Shown: positions 11,103-18,996 of the stretch, piece by piece
Layout of the letters: each line of letters opens with the position of its first letter
Position numbering within the stretch: the stretch's first letter is position 1
Assembly: GCA_016764775.1 (NCBI GenBank)
Contig: JAESRE010000014.1
Location: 21,771 to 85,770 of the forward strand
Direction: 5' to 3'
Source: Alphaproteobacteria bacterium
Lineage (GTDB): Bacteria > Pseudomonadota > Alphaproteobacteria > Micavibrionales > Micavibrionaceae
DNA length: 64,000 nucleotides
Translations under genes and position numbers: made by a program
The notes under the pieces: model-generated
Databases searched by the model: none
Told to the model about the DNA's origin: nothing
What the model saw: only the letters and a program-made list of their open reading frames with translations

Positions 11103-11615
11103 CTAGCCTTCTTTAGCTTTGAAGTACGGCTCGAACTCGCGGAAGCTGATAGCGTTATCAGCGTTCTTGTCTACGCGCTCGAAAATCTTCTGAGCGTCAG
11201 ACGAGAGTTCGAACAAGAAAAATTCATCCTGGTCCAAAAGACCGTTTTCGCTTTTATCGAAAAAGCTGAATTTTTCACGTGCTTCGCTGACCGGAGGGTT
11301 AATCTCCGGCATTTCACCTGAGCGCATCTGTACCGGTTGCGGCTTCATGGCCGGTTGCGGCTTGGGGAATGATTTTTCGCTCACGATGAAATTCGGGTTG
11401 TCCTGAATTTGTTTGAACTCAGGTTGTGGGGTTAATCCCATAGTGTCGGTATAGACAGTTGTGTCGCTATTGCTTTTACCGACACTCGACAAGGTTTTCG
11501 TCGATGATTGCTCATTGATCGTAATACCTTTGTCTGCGTGTGCCTGATCCGCGAATGTCGCAACGCCAAGAGCGCCGGCACCGAGGATCAGGGTTAACAT
11601 ATAATGGCGTTTCAT
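11103..11615 (-). CDS. secreted EF-hand calcium-binding protein
   Basis: 170 aa with signal peptide MKRHYMLTLILGAGALGVATFADQAHA. EF-hand loops DKSENGLLDQDEF and DKNADNAISFREF. Confidence 0.6.
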   Translation of the reverse strand: MKRHYMLTLILGAGALGVATFADQAHADKGITINEQSSTKTLSSVGKSNSDTTVYTDTMGLTPQPEFKQIQDNPNFIVSEKSFPKPQPAMKPQPVQMRSGEMPEINPPVSEAREKFSFFDKSENGLLDQDEFFLFELSSDAQKIFERVDKNADNAISFREFEPYFKAKEG

Positions 11616-11642
11616 GATGAGAACTCCTTTTAAAAGTCGGCT

Positions 11643-11843
11643 TTAGGCCGCTTTCTTCTCAAATTCTTTAAGCTGTTTTTCAGCTTCGTCTTTGGAAACA
11701 CCGTATTGTTCTTGAATAGCACCAAGAAGTTTTGTGCGGTTACCTTCGATCTGGTCCAATTGATCGTCTGTCAATTTACCCCAGGTCTCCTGGATTTCAC
11801 CTTTAAACTGTTTCCAGTTTCCTTCAAAAATGTCCTTATTCAT
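11643..11843 (-). CDS. CsbD family general stress protein
   Basis: 66 aa. GNWKQFKGEIQETWGKLTDDQLDQIEGNRTKLLGAIQEQYG is the CsbD signature. Confidence 0.85.
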   Translation of the reverse strand: MNKDIFEGNWKQFKGEIQETWGKLTDDQLDQIEGNRTKLLGAIQEQYGVSKDEAEKQLKEFEKKAA

Positions 11844-11878
11844 TGTTCTGTCCTTTCTTTTGTTCAGATACTTACACC

Positions 11879-11904
11879 TACGGATTACGCGGTGCGGAAG
11901 TTCC
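11879..11904 (-). promoter_or_regulatory. ECF (EcfG-type) promoter motif GGAAC-N17-CGTA upstream of csbD
   Basis: Minus strand reads GGAAC ttccgcaccgcgtaatc CGTA, ending 35 nt before the csbD ATG. The -10 is a CGTA variant of CGTT. Confidence 0.45.
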
Positions 11905-11911
11905 GCACCAA

Positions 11912-12175
11912 TTAGTGGGCGCGGATATCAACACGGTCGATATGTCCGATTTGTTGTTCGGCCATCGCTTTCAGATCTTCGAGATCTGTCAGAAGGTCGA
12001 TCAAATATGTATCGAAGCTGTTGAACTCGGTTTCAGCCATGCCGTCTTCACGGTTAATAGTCTGAATGACGAGAACGTCTTCGAAAGTGCGTTGATCACT
12101 GCTGTCTCTTTTAAGATACATATCGGCAACCAGTGGGTGGGATACGCCTCTAATAACTTGTGGTACGGTATTCAT
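11912..12175 (-). CDS. hypothetical acidic protein
   Basis: 87-aa ORF with an AAGGAG-like RBS (taaaggagcaaaa ATG). No recognisable domain. Confidence 0.4.
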   Translation of the reverse strand: MNTVPQVIRGVSHPLVADMYLKRDSSDQRTFEDVLVIQTINREDGMAETEFNSFDTYLIDLLTDLEDLKAMAEQQIGHIDRVDIRAH

Positions 12176-12369
12176 AATTTTTGCTCCTTTAACAAAGTTT
12201 ATGATTCATCTTAGGAACGATTCTGTAACCGGATAACGACTCGGTTGTTTCCGTTTTGCAAAACTCTGTTTCACTTTTGTAACAACGGAAAAACACATTA
12301 TTTTTTCAAGGGTTTAGACGGCAATAAAATTTCACCCACATGCGGAAACGCGCTTTACGCCTGCGTTTA

Positions 12370-12394
12370 GGAACTATCGACACTCTATATCGTT
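12370..12394 (+). promoter_or_regulatory. ECF (EcfG-type) promoter motif GGAAC-N16-CGTT
   Basis: GGAAC tatcgacactctatat CGTT, ending 32 nt upstream of the ATG at 12427. Confidence 0.65.
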
Positions 12395-12426
12395 AGAAAG
12401 GCATAAGCATAAAAAAGGAGATTCTT

Positions 12427-12972
12427 ATGAAAACCAAATATTTAACCTTCAGTGCTGTTGCACTTGTTACCGCTTTGGCAGCGTATCCCGTTGTTGCGGA
12501 AACCGTACATACAAAAACGTATGTTGAAACTTCCGATGTCATTGATGAGCATAAAATCAACTTTTCCGCTTTTGATGTGAACGAAGACGGCATGTATGCC
12601 AAATCTGAAGTCGGTGAAAAGCTGTTCTATGTTTTTGATCAGGACGGCAACGAAGTGATCGATAACCTGGAATGGAGCGACAAAAGCATGTACACCATCA
12701 CGCCGATGGAAAAACAAACCTTTAAATTCGTCGACTATGACGATGACGGTTACACAGACCTGTCTACATATACTTATGAGACCTTTTATAAGGAATCAGG
12801 TTTGATCCGTTTTGATAACGATAAAGACGGTTTGTCTGCCGAAGAGTTTATCGGTGTCGGTTTCCAGGAACTGGATGACAACGATAACAACACTATCGAG
12901 CTGGATGAATGGGCCGAAGCCTATACAGAAATGACAGCTCCGGAAACAGCCGAACAAGAACGTTACAACTAA
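12427..12972 (+). CDS. secreted multi-EF-hand-like calcium-binding protein
   Basis: 181 aa with a signal peptide (ALVTALAAYPVVA). Four DxDxDG-type loops: DVNEDGMYAKSE, DQDGNEVIDNLE, DNDKDGLSAEE, DDNDNNTIELDE. Confidence 0.6.
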   Translation: MKTKYLTFSAVALVTALAAYPVVAETVHTKTYVETSDVIDEHKINFSAFDVNEDGMYAKSEVGEKLFYVFDQDGNEVIDNLEWSDKSMYTITPMEKQTFKFVDYDDDGYTDLSTYTYETFYKESGLIRFDNDKDGLSAEEFIGVGFQELDDNDNNTIELDEWAEAYTEMTAPETAEQERYN

Positions 12973-12999
12973 GAGCGTTCAAAAATAGATAACAAGAAA

Positions 13000-13024
13000 G
13001 GCCGCTGTTACAGCGGCCTTTTTT
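13000..13024. terminator. bidirectional rho-independent terminator
   Basis: Hairpin ggccgctg-tta-cagcggcc followed by a T run on the plus strand. It lies between convergent genes (12427-12972 plus, 13046-13288 minus). Confidence 0.7.
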
Positions 13025-13045
13025 ATGTGAGAGTTTTAAATTGGA

Positions 13046-13288
13046 TCAATGATCATTCGGCATATTGGCTACAGCCAGTCTCATTGCTTCATCAGGGCTG
13101 TTTACAGAGCCACTGGCAACCACTGAGCCGTGATAGGAAATCAACCACTTCCAGCTTTCGCGCTTTTGTGTGCACTCCCAGTCACTCTTCTGCTTTTCAA
13201 CGACCAGTTCATAGTCATCTATATCAGTACAGATCTTCTGTACCTGCCAGTCATGGTCTGCTTTTGTAATTTCTGTCAATGATGACAT
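13046..13288 (-). CDS. hypothetical 80-aa protein
   Basis: Start chosen at the ATG preceded by aaggagaagagact (MSSLTEITKADHDW..). The longer ORF-track start would overlap the promoter motif. Confidence 0.5.
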   Translation of the reverse strand: MSSLTEITKADHDWQVQKICTDIDDYELVVEKQKSDWECTQKRESWKWLISYHGSVVASGSVNSPDEAMRLAVANMPNDH

Positions 13289-13322
13289 AGTCTCTTCTCC
13301 TTGTTTCTCATACACCATTGCA

Positions 13323-13348
13323 AACGTTCGACAATTTGCTTGGGTTCC
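13323..13348 (-). promoter_or_regulatory. ECF (EcfG-type) promoter motif GGAAC-N17-CGTT
   Basis: Minus strand reads GGAAC ccaagcaaattgtcgaa CGTT, ending 34 nt upstream of the ATG at 13288. Confidence 0.65.
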
Positions 13349-13363
13349 CCTCAGGCACAAAAA

Positions 13364-13389
13364 AGCCCGTATAAATATACGGGCTTTTT
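13364..13389 (-). terminator. rho-independent terminator after the entericidin / 53-aa operon
   Basis: Perfect hairpin agcccgtata-aa-tatacgggct flanked by A and T runs, 26 nt downstream of the stop at 13415. Confidence 0.7.
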
Positions 13390-13414
13390 AAATATTTGTT
13401 TTTTGAAGCTAAAT

Positions 13415-13576
13415 TTATGAATCGCTCTTAATTTCATCGGCCATGGTATTGGCTAAATTACTTACGCTATCGCCGACTTTCTCGGCAGGCGTCTTTTCAT
13501 TTATCTGGATCATCATAACTGTGAAGATTCCAATCAACAAAACGGCAATTACGGCTAATAAACCTCTGTTGTCCAT
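13415..13576 (-). CDS. 53-aa single-TM small protein (below ORF-track cutoff)
   Basis: ATG preceded by acggaggttaac. Translation: MDNRGLLAVIAVLLIGIFTVMMIQINEKTPAEKVGDSVSNLANTMADEIKSDS. Confidence 0.5.
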   Translation of the reverse strand: MDNRGLLAVIAVLLIGIFTVMMIQINEKTPAEKVGDSVSNLANTMADEIKSDS

Positions 13577-13605
13577 GTTAACCTCCGTTAGCTATCAATA
13601 GCTTA

Positions 13606-13743
13606 TTATTCAGCGGCGTCCTGAACACTTTCTCCGGCGTGCTCAATATCCTGACCAGCACCTTCAACCGTGTTACACGCGGTTACACTCGCGCCCATAC
13701 CAACAATCATTGCGGCAGTTAGAAGTGTTTTAGTGTTTAGCAT
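13606..13743 (-). CDS. entericidin EcnA/B family lipoprotein (below ORF-track cutoff)
   Basis: 45 aa: MLNTKTLLTAAMIVGMGASVTACNTVEGAGQDIEHAGESVQDAAE. Lipobox VTAC followed by NTVEGAG.D.e.aG is the entericidin signature. RBS is gaggag. Confidence 0.75.
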   Translation of the reverse strand: MLNTKTLLTAAMIVGMGASVTACNTVEGAGQDIEHAGESVQDAAE

Positions 13744-13771
13744 AATAATTATCTCCTCGTTTAGTTAGTCT

Positions 13772-13796
13772 TACGGATTCCGTAAATTAAAGTTCC
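13772..13796 (-). promoter_or_regulatory. ECF (EcfG-type) promoter motif GGAAC-N16-CGTA upstream of the entericidin gene
   Basis: Minus strand reads GGAAC tttaatttacggaatc CGTA, ending 28 nt before the ATG at 13743. It starts right after the stop of the upstream ORF. Confidence 0.45.
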
Positions 13797-14231
13797 CTAT
13801 AATATTCTGTTACCGACAGCCAACCCCAGCGCAGTAGCCAATGCTACAGCCGTTTTCGGGTTTTCTTGTATAGGTTCGCCGAACTCATCGTTGGCGGTAT
13901 CTATAAAGCCCTGAATTTGCTGAATGGTCTCTTGAGTGTTCTTTTCTATCTCTGAGCGCCTGTAATGTGCGAGTACCGCCAAGATTACAAGGCTCAGGAC
14001 GCATAAAGAAAAGCAAACCAGTCCTGTCAGAGCAGCGGCAAGTTCCGGTTCGAAGTTGTTGCCGAACCATATGTGCGCTGCGTAAATAAGGAAGCCGGTA
14101 CCGACAATGAAGAAAAAGCAAGAAAGAGCAAGCAAGCCTATGTTGACCTTACTCTTTCTTGTTATCGGAAATTTATTACTGACGATTCTATCGATCAGTA
14201 ACTTTTCGGCTACCTTTATATAGGGTGTCAT
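13797..14231 (-). CDS. membrane protein, YqjE-like partner of DUF883 (tentative)
   Basis: 144 aa with two central TM helices. 1-nt overlap (TAATG) with the DUF883 gene, the arrangement seen for yqjD-yqjE-type pairs. Confidence 0.4.
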   Translation of the reverse strand: MTPYIKVAEKLLIDRIVSNKFPITRKSKVNIGLLALSCFFFIVGTGFLIYAAHIWFGNNFEPELAAALTGLVCFSLCVLSLVILAVLAHYRRSEIEKNTQETIQQIQGFIDTANDEFGEPIQENPKTAVALATALGLAVGNRIL

Positions 14232-14515
14232 TATCGACGCCCCAGAATGTAGCTAAGGGCCAGACCGGTTGCGAAAGCGATACCGATTGATTCGACCGGC
14301 TTTTGTTTTACTCGCTTTTCAATGACTTCGACCTGTTTGCGACCTGAAGTCTTCAGGGCATCCAGACGTTCTGTAGCCATCTCTCTTAGCTCGTGGGATT
14401 GTTCCTGACCATTGTGTTTCAGATGCTTTGTCAATTCCACAACATTGCTTTTGAGGGAATCCAAATCTTCTCTGATATCATCAATTTCAGGGTATGAAGT
14501 TTTTGCTTTTGGCAT
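14231..14515 (-). CDS. DUF883 (ElaB/YqjD/YgaM) family stress membrane-anchored protein
   Basis: 94 aa with a coiled N-terminus and a C-terminal anchor PVESIGIAFATGLALSYILGRR typical of the family. Confidence 0.8.
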   Translation of the reverse strand: MPKAKTSYPEIDDIREDLDSLKSNVVELTKHLKHNGQEQSHELREMATERLDALKTSGRKQVEVIEKRVKQKPVESIGIAFATGLALSYILGRR

Positions 14516-14542
14516 TTTTCGTTTCCTTTCGTTTGAGAAGAC

Positions 14543-14568
14543 AACGTCCGAAAGCCGAAAAATGTTCC
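14543..14568 (-). promoter_or_regulatory. ECF (EcfG-type) promoter motif GGAAC-N17-CGTT
   Basis: Minus strand reads GGAAC atttttcggctttcgga CGTT, ending 27 nt upstream of the ATG at 14515. Confidence 0.65.
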
Positions 14569-14614
14569 CGATTCATTTTTCAAAAAAAAAGCGCTATTAA
14601 GGAGTGAGGGATAG

Positions 14615-15331
14615 TTAGGCGGCCTCTGCTTTGCCGACATACATATATCCGACACCGCGAATCGTTTTGATGATCTCGCCTTTATCATCCCCGATCTTTT
14701 TACGGATACGGCCGACCTGAATGTCGATGGCGCGGTCATATATATCGTATGCACCGTCACGGGTCAGTTCGAATAACTGTTCTCTCGACAAGGCGCGGTT
14801 CGGCGCCATAACGAGAGCTTCCAAAAGCTGGAACTCTCCTGTTGTGAGGTTTAGAGAAGTCCCGTCTTTGCTGAAGGCTTGATACTGGCCTCTATCCAGA
14901 GTCCATTTCTCCAGCTTGATGACATCGGACTTCGGCTGGCTATCCGCTTTATTCTCTTCGTTATGATCGATACGACGGGCAACGGCCTTAATACGGGCGG
15001 CAAGCTCACGCATTTCAAAGGGTTTGGTCAGGTAGTCGTCGGCGCCCATCTCCAGACACACGATTTTCTCGGTAGTGTCACTTTTGCCTGACACAACCAG
15101 TATAGCCGCATCTGATTTTGCTTTTAATTGCGGGATAAGCGTGAGCCCCTCCCCGTCCGGTAAACCCAGATCGAGAAGAATGACATCGAATTCGGTTGTT
15201 TCTATGGCTTCACCGGCACTTTTAACGTCTCCGGCTTTCAAGACTCTGTATCCCTCGCCTTCGAGATACTGTTCCATGACCATCTGAAGGTCATTATCAT
15301 CGTCAATGGTAAGAACTGTGCCTTTTTTCAT
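14615..15331 (-). CDS. OmpR/PhoB-family DNA-binding response regulator
   Basis: 238 aa. Receiver (TIDDDN..VILLDLGLPDGEG..KP) plus winged-helix output (LTTGEFQLLEALV..IDIQVGRIRKKI..IKTIRGVGYMY). Confidence 0.9.
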   Translation of the reverse strand: MKKGTVLTIDDDNDLQMVMEQYLEGEGYRVLKAGDVKSAGEAIETTEFDVILLDLGLPDGEGLTLIPQLKAKSDAAILVVSGKSDTTEKIVCLEMGADDYLTKPFEMRELAARIKAVARRIDHNEENKADSQPKSDVIKLEKWTLDRGQYQAFSKDGTSLNLTTGEFQLLEALVMAPNRALSREQLFELTRDGAYDIYDRAIDIQVGRIRKKIGDDKGEIIKTIRGVGYMYVGKAEAA

Positions 15332-15506
15332 ATAGATCTCTGTAATGGGCAGATACTCTAATATTTAGCGTTATCGCAGGCCCTATATCAATCACTTTGT
15401 TACATTTTTGATACATTTTTTTTCATTAATGAAACGTAGCAGACAAAGTCAGCTTACGTACGCGGCATAAGCTCATAATTGTAGTAACCGAAAAGGAGCT
15501 TATTAA

Positions 15507-16043
15507 ATGTTTAGCAATGCAGAATTGTTACCCCACAACGACAGACTTGAAAAATTTGCATACAAACTCACACGTAACGAGGCAGATGCTCAAGATCTTC
15601 TGCAATCAACGCTGTTAAGAGCTATTGAAAAGAAAAAGTTATTCAAAGAAGGCAGCAACCTATATAGCTGGCTTTCTAAAATTATGTACAACCTGTTTGT
15701 CTCCGGCTACCGCCGTAAGACAAAGTTTGAAACACAATATGATCCGGAGCCATATCTGGAAAAGCAAAGCATTGAAGCATCACAGGATGTAAAAATGCAA
15801 TTCCGTGACGTTGATAACGCCATGAACGAGCTTTCAGATGATCACAGAGAAATTCTGGTTATGGTTTGCGTTCAAGGCATGCAGTATGCCGAAGTATCAG
15901 AACGTTTGGACATTCCGGTCGGTACTGTACGTTCCCGCCTGTCACGTGCTCGCGAGAACCTTCAAGCCAAACTGGAGGAGACGGATCAAAAGCTTTCTTA
16001 CGTCCCCGCCATGCGAATGCACGAAAATCGCGTCGCAGCTTAA
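15507..16043 (+). CDS. ECF-type RNA polymerase sigma-70 family factor
   Basis: 178 aa. Region 2 (DAQDLLQSTLLRAIEK..NLYSWLSKIMYNLFVSGYRR) and region 4 HTH (MQYAEVSERLDIPVGTVRSRLSRAR). Confidence 0.85.
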   Translation: MFSNAELLPHNDRLEKFAYKLTRNEADAQDLLQSTLLRAIEKKKLFKEGSNLYSWLSKIMYNLFVSGYRRKTKFETQYDPEPYLEKQSIEASQDVKMQFRDVDNAMNELSDDHREILVMVCVQGMQYAEVSERLDIPVGTVRSRLSRARENLQAKLEETDQKLSYVPAMRMHENRVAA

Positions 16044-16065
16044 ACTTAAAAGAAAAGCAGCTTTC

Positions 16066-18300
16066 CTAAGCTGCTTTTTTCTTCTCTTTTAAAAATTTCA
16101 GAATTTCGACTTTTAAGTCTTTCTCGACAACCGGCTTGGGTAAGTATGAATCCATCCCCGCGGCAATACATTTATCCCTGTCACCAACCAAAGCATGTGC
16201 CGTCATACCGATAATAGGCGTGCGCTCACGATCCGAAGTCTTTTCAAGTTTTCTGATTTCATTGGTAGCCGTGAAACCATCCATTTCAGGCATCTGCACA
16301 TCCATCAAAATGATGTCGTAGTGATTCTTTTCCCAGTAGCCGACACCTTCCAGCCCTGTCCTGCCAACGTCATACTCAAAACCCAATTCATCCAGAATGT
16401 AGGTTAGGACAACCACATTACCTTCGTAATCTTCGACGATCAGCGCACGTGAGCTGTCATTGATGGTTTCCTTGATTGTTTCGTTCAGCTTTTTGATGCT
16501 TCGCTTGCCGGTACCTTTTTTCGCCGACTTGGTTCTGATGTTCGCCGGTATCATGAACGAGAATGTCGAACCCTTGCCGTATTCACTACTGAGGAAAATG
16601 TCACCGCCCATAAGCTGTGACAGTTTTTTCGATATCGGCAAACCAAGACCCGTACCGCCGTATTTTCTGGATACGCTTGAATCAGCCTGTTTGAAACGTT
16701 CAAAGACAAGATCAAAATCTTCCGGTTTAATACCGATTCCCGTATCGGTTACATCAACCCGCAGATAATCGGCACCGTCGCGGTCCTCGTAATAGGCTTT
16801 AACGGTTACACCGCCATCATCCGTAAATTTGATAGCATTACCGATCAGGTTCACAAGGACCTGACGCACACGCATGCCGTCTCCGATCAAGGTGTCGCTT
16901 TTATCGATTTCATAATCAAACACAAAGCTGACGCCCTTTTCATTCGCTTTGATGGCCATCATGCTGATTGTCTGTTCGAAAATCTTGTCGAGTTCAAACT
17001 CCTCTTGGTCCAGCTCAATCTCACCGCTTTCAATCTTGGAGAAATCAAGGATATCGTTGATCAGTTCCTTCAGTGAAAGCGTGCTGGAATTCAGAGTTTT
17101 AACGAGTTGTTGTTGCTTTTCGTTGAGCGTATCAGACTGCTTTTGCAAAATCTCGGCAATGCCGCTGATTGCCGTTACAGGCGTTCTGATTTCATGGCTC
17201 ATATGGGCGAGGAATTCACTTTTTGCCCTGTTTGCTGACTGCGCTTCTTCTTTATCCGCTTTCAGCTTTTCCTGTGCCTGTTTGACATGCGTAATGTCAC
17301 TGTGCGCGCCAACAACGCGGTACGCCTTGTTGTTTTTATCAAACAAGCCTTTGGCGCGAGACTGAATCCACAACCACCGGCCGGAGGCATGCTTCATTCT
17401 GAACTCTTGCACATATTCGGAGAGATTGCCGTCGATATACTCTCGCGCGTATTTCTCTACCTGCTCGCGGTCATCTTCGTGAACCATATCCAGCGCATAT
17501 TCCAGCGACTCTTTCTTGCCGGGCGAGTCGATGCCCAACTGGGCAAAGAACTGTCGGGAATAAAAGATTTCATCTGTTTTCGTATCCCAGTCCCAAATAC
17601 CGTCCTGTGTGCCGTCAACAGCCAGTGCAAAGCGATCTTCGGACGCTTTCAGGCTTTCCTCGATCTTTGTACGCTTGCGTTGGGAGTGCAGAAGGAAACC
17701 GTTAAACAACAGCAAAACCCCTGTACCGGCACAAAGCCCGATTAACAGTGTCGTGAAGTATTCTTTTTTCTTGTTATCTAGAGTCAGAATCCGCTGTTCG
17801 AGAACGCTGTATTCTTCTTCCAGCAAGGCTTCGTTCAAGCGGATGATATCGTCGCGTAAACTGTTTACGACAGTTACATCCTTTAACGGGTTTTCAGGGT
17901 CTTCGATGTCACCCACAAACTGGGCCCGCTCCTCCAGCTTTATGGAGAAGTCGTTAAAGTAGTTGCGGATCTCGTTCAAGCGGCTCAGCTGGGCATTGTT
18001 GCTTTCCAGCAATCCAGCCAGATTGGATATCAGATCGGAGCCTTCCTGCTTTCTGGTCTGGTATTCTCTCAGAAAGTCCTGATCACCGGACAATAGATAG
18101 CCACGCTGTGATGACAGCATGCTTCGCACCAGAGCTGAAAACTCTTGCGCCTCGACGATCGTTTTGTGTGATCGTTGAACCCATTCTTCTGTCTGATCAA
18201 GCTGCTTTTCGCCCTCAATGAGGAAGAATCCCAACCAACTCACACACAGAAAAAGGAACACTACGAAAATAGTGTAGTTGCGTATGAAAATTTTATCCAT
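16066..18300 (-). CDS. hybrid sensor histidine kinase (CHASE3-like, PAS, HisKA, HATPase, receiver)
   Basis: 744 aa. TM, then a CHASE3-like region (WVQRSHKTIVEAQEF..SQRGYLLSGDQDFLREY), a second TM and a PAS domain (DGIWDWDTKTDE). H-box MSHEIRTPV; GNAIKFT, DTGIGI, GGTGLGLPIS; receiver ILMDVQMPEMDG..PKP. Confidence 0.85.
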   Translation of the reverse strand: MDKIFIRNYTIFVVFLFLCVSWLGFFLIEGEKQLDQTEEWVQRSHKTIVEAQEFSALVRSMLSSQRGYLLSGDQDFLREYQTRKQEGSDLISNLAGLLESNNAQLSRLNEIRNYFNDFSIKLEERAQFVGDIEDPENPLKDVTVVNSLRDDIIRLNEALLEEEYSVLEQRILTLDNKKKEYFTTLLIGLCAGTGVLLLFNGFLLHSQRKRTKIEESLKASEDRFALAVDGTQDGIWDWDTKTDEIFYSRQFFAQLGIDSPGKKESLEYALDMVHEDDREQVEKYAREYIDGNLSEYVQEFRMKHASGRWLWIQSRAKGLFDKNNKAYRVVGAHSDITHVKQAQEKLKADKEEAQSANRAKSEFLAHMSHEIRTPVTAISGIAEILQKQSDTLNEKQQQLVKTLNSSTLSLKELINDILDFSKIESGEIELDQEEFELDKIFEQTISMMAIKANEKGVSFVFDYEIDKSDTLIGDGMRVRQVLVNLIGNAIKFTDDGGVTVKAYYEDRDGADYLRVDVTDTGIGIKPEDFDLVFERFKQADSSVSRKYGGTGLGLPISKKLSQLMGGDIFLSSEYGKGSTFSFMIPANIRTKSAKKGTGKRSIKKLNETIKETINDSSRALIVEDYEGNVVVLTYILDELGFEYDVGRTGLEGVGYWEKNHYDIILMDVQMPEMDGFTATNEIRKLEKTSDRERTPIIGMTAHALVGDRDKCIAAGMDSYLPKPVVEKDLKVEILKFLKEKKKAA

Positions 18301-18356
18301 TAACGGCCTTTCAAGGAATAACGTATTAGTACTCGAAAAAAGTCAAACAGGCCAAT

Positions 18357-18392
18357 AAAAAAGGCGCTCTCAGCAAAGAAAGCGCCTTTTTT
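18357..18392 (-). terminator. rho-independent terminator after the DUF1328 gene
   Basis: Hairpin aaggcgct-(12 nt)-agcgcctt flanked by A6 and T6 runs, 17 nt downstream of the stop at 18409. Confidence 0.7.
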
Positions 18393-18408
18393 ACAAAATT
18401 GACTATGG

Positions 18409-18585
18409 TTATACGGGTGGAGCACGACCTCTAAGGGCGCCGACCAAGGCAGAAATCAAGAACAGTGCCAAGAATACTACAAAGACAATCTGTGCGATTT
18501 CTACAGATACAGCTGCTACACCACCAAATCCTAATACAGCCGCAATAAGTGCGATGACCAGGAATGTGAGAGCCCAACCGAGCAT
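18409..18585 (-). CDS. DUF1328 (UPF0391/YtjA) small membrane protein (below ORF-track cutoff)
   Basis: 58 aa: [58 protein letters not shown], the family signature. RBS is aaaggagac. Confidence 0.8.
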   Translation of the reverse strand: MLGWALTFLVIALIAAVLGFGGVAAVSVEIAQIVFVVFLALFLISALVGALRGRAPPV

Positions 18586-18630
18586 ATTAAGTCTCCTTTC
18601 GCTGCAAGTTGTATTGCTTCTGCCCTAACA

Positions 18631-18655
18631 AACGTATGACGGGGTGTATGGTTCC
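18631..18655 (-). promoter_or_regulatory. ECF (EcfG-type) promoter motif GGAAC-N16-CGTT
   Basis: Minus strand reads GGAAC catacaccccgtcata CGTT, ending 45 nt upstream of the ATG at 18585. Confidence 0.65.
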
Positions 18656-18679
18656 TTGCTAATTTTCCTGAATTCGGCA

Positions 18680-18704
18680 GGAACTCAAGCTGGCCAATTA
18701 CGTA
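18680..18704 (+). promoter_or_regulatory. ECF (EcfG-type) promoter motif GGAAC-N16-CGTA, divergent from the previous one
   Basis: GGAAC tcaagctggccaatta CGTA on the plus strand, upstream of the small ORF ending at 18970. Confidence 0.45.
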
Positions 18705-18784
18705 GGAAGTTATGTATCATGTTTGTAACAGAGACAAATATCAGACGTTTAATGAGAAGGGGCAATCCCCCGGAGCTTATTAGG

Positions 18785-18970
18785 ATGCAGGACAAAACCA
18801 TAACCCGCTACGACGTGGAAGCTTTGGTCGACAACGAATTAACATGGGCTGATGCACAGAACGTAATGCTTCATATAAAGCAAGATAGAGTACTATCCGA
18901 CTATTATGAGCAACTCAGAACCCAGAAAGAGCTTCTTCAGGAATGGTGGGCCGACGTAAAAACCGACTAA
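18785..18970 (+). CDS. small hypothetical protein with an anti-sigma-like N-terminus (start uncertain: 18719, 18752 or 18785)
   Basis: Frame open from 18644. The ATG at 18785 has ggag 10 nt upstream. DVEALVDNELTWADAQNVMLHIKQD..YYEQLRTQKELLQEWW resembles the N-terminal helices of some anti-sigma factors. Confidence 0.4.
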   Translation: MQDKTITRYDVEALVDNELTWADAQNVMLHIKQDRVLSDYYEQLRTQKELLQEWWADVKTD

Positions 18971-18996
18971 AACCGCCAATTCTCTATAGTTTGCAC

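Noticed and set aside
12214-12240. Plus-strand GGAAC-N18-CGAC as a ninth ECF promoter
   Set aside because: The spacer is 18 nt and the -10 is CGAC. No plus-strand gene follows before the properly spaced motif at 12370.
15427-15460. TGAAAC..CGTA upstream of the ECF sigma gene as an autoregulatory promoter
   Set aside because: The spacer is 21 nt, outside the 16-17 nt seen at all other sites. Not supportable.
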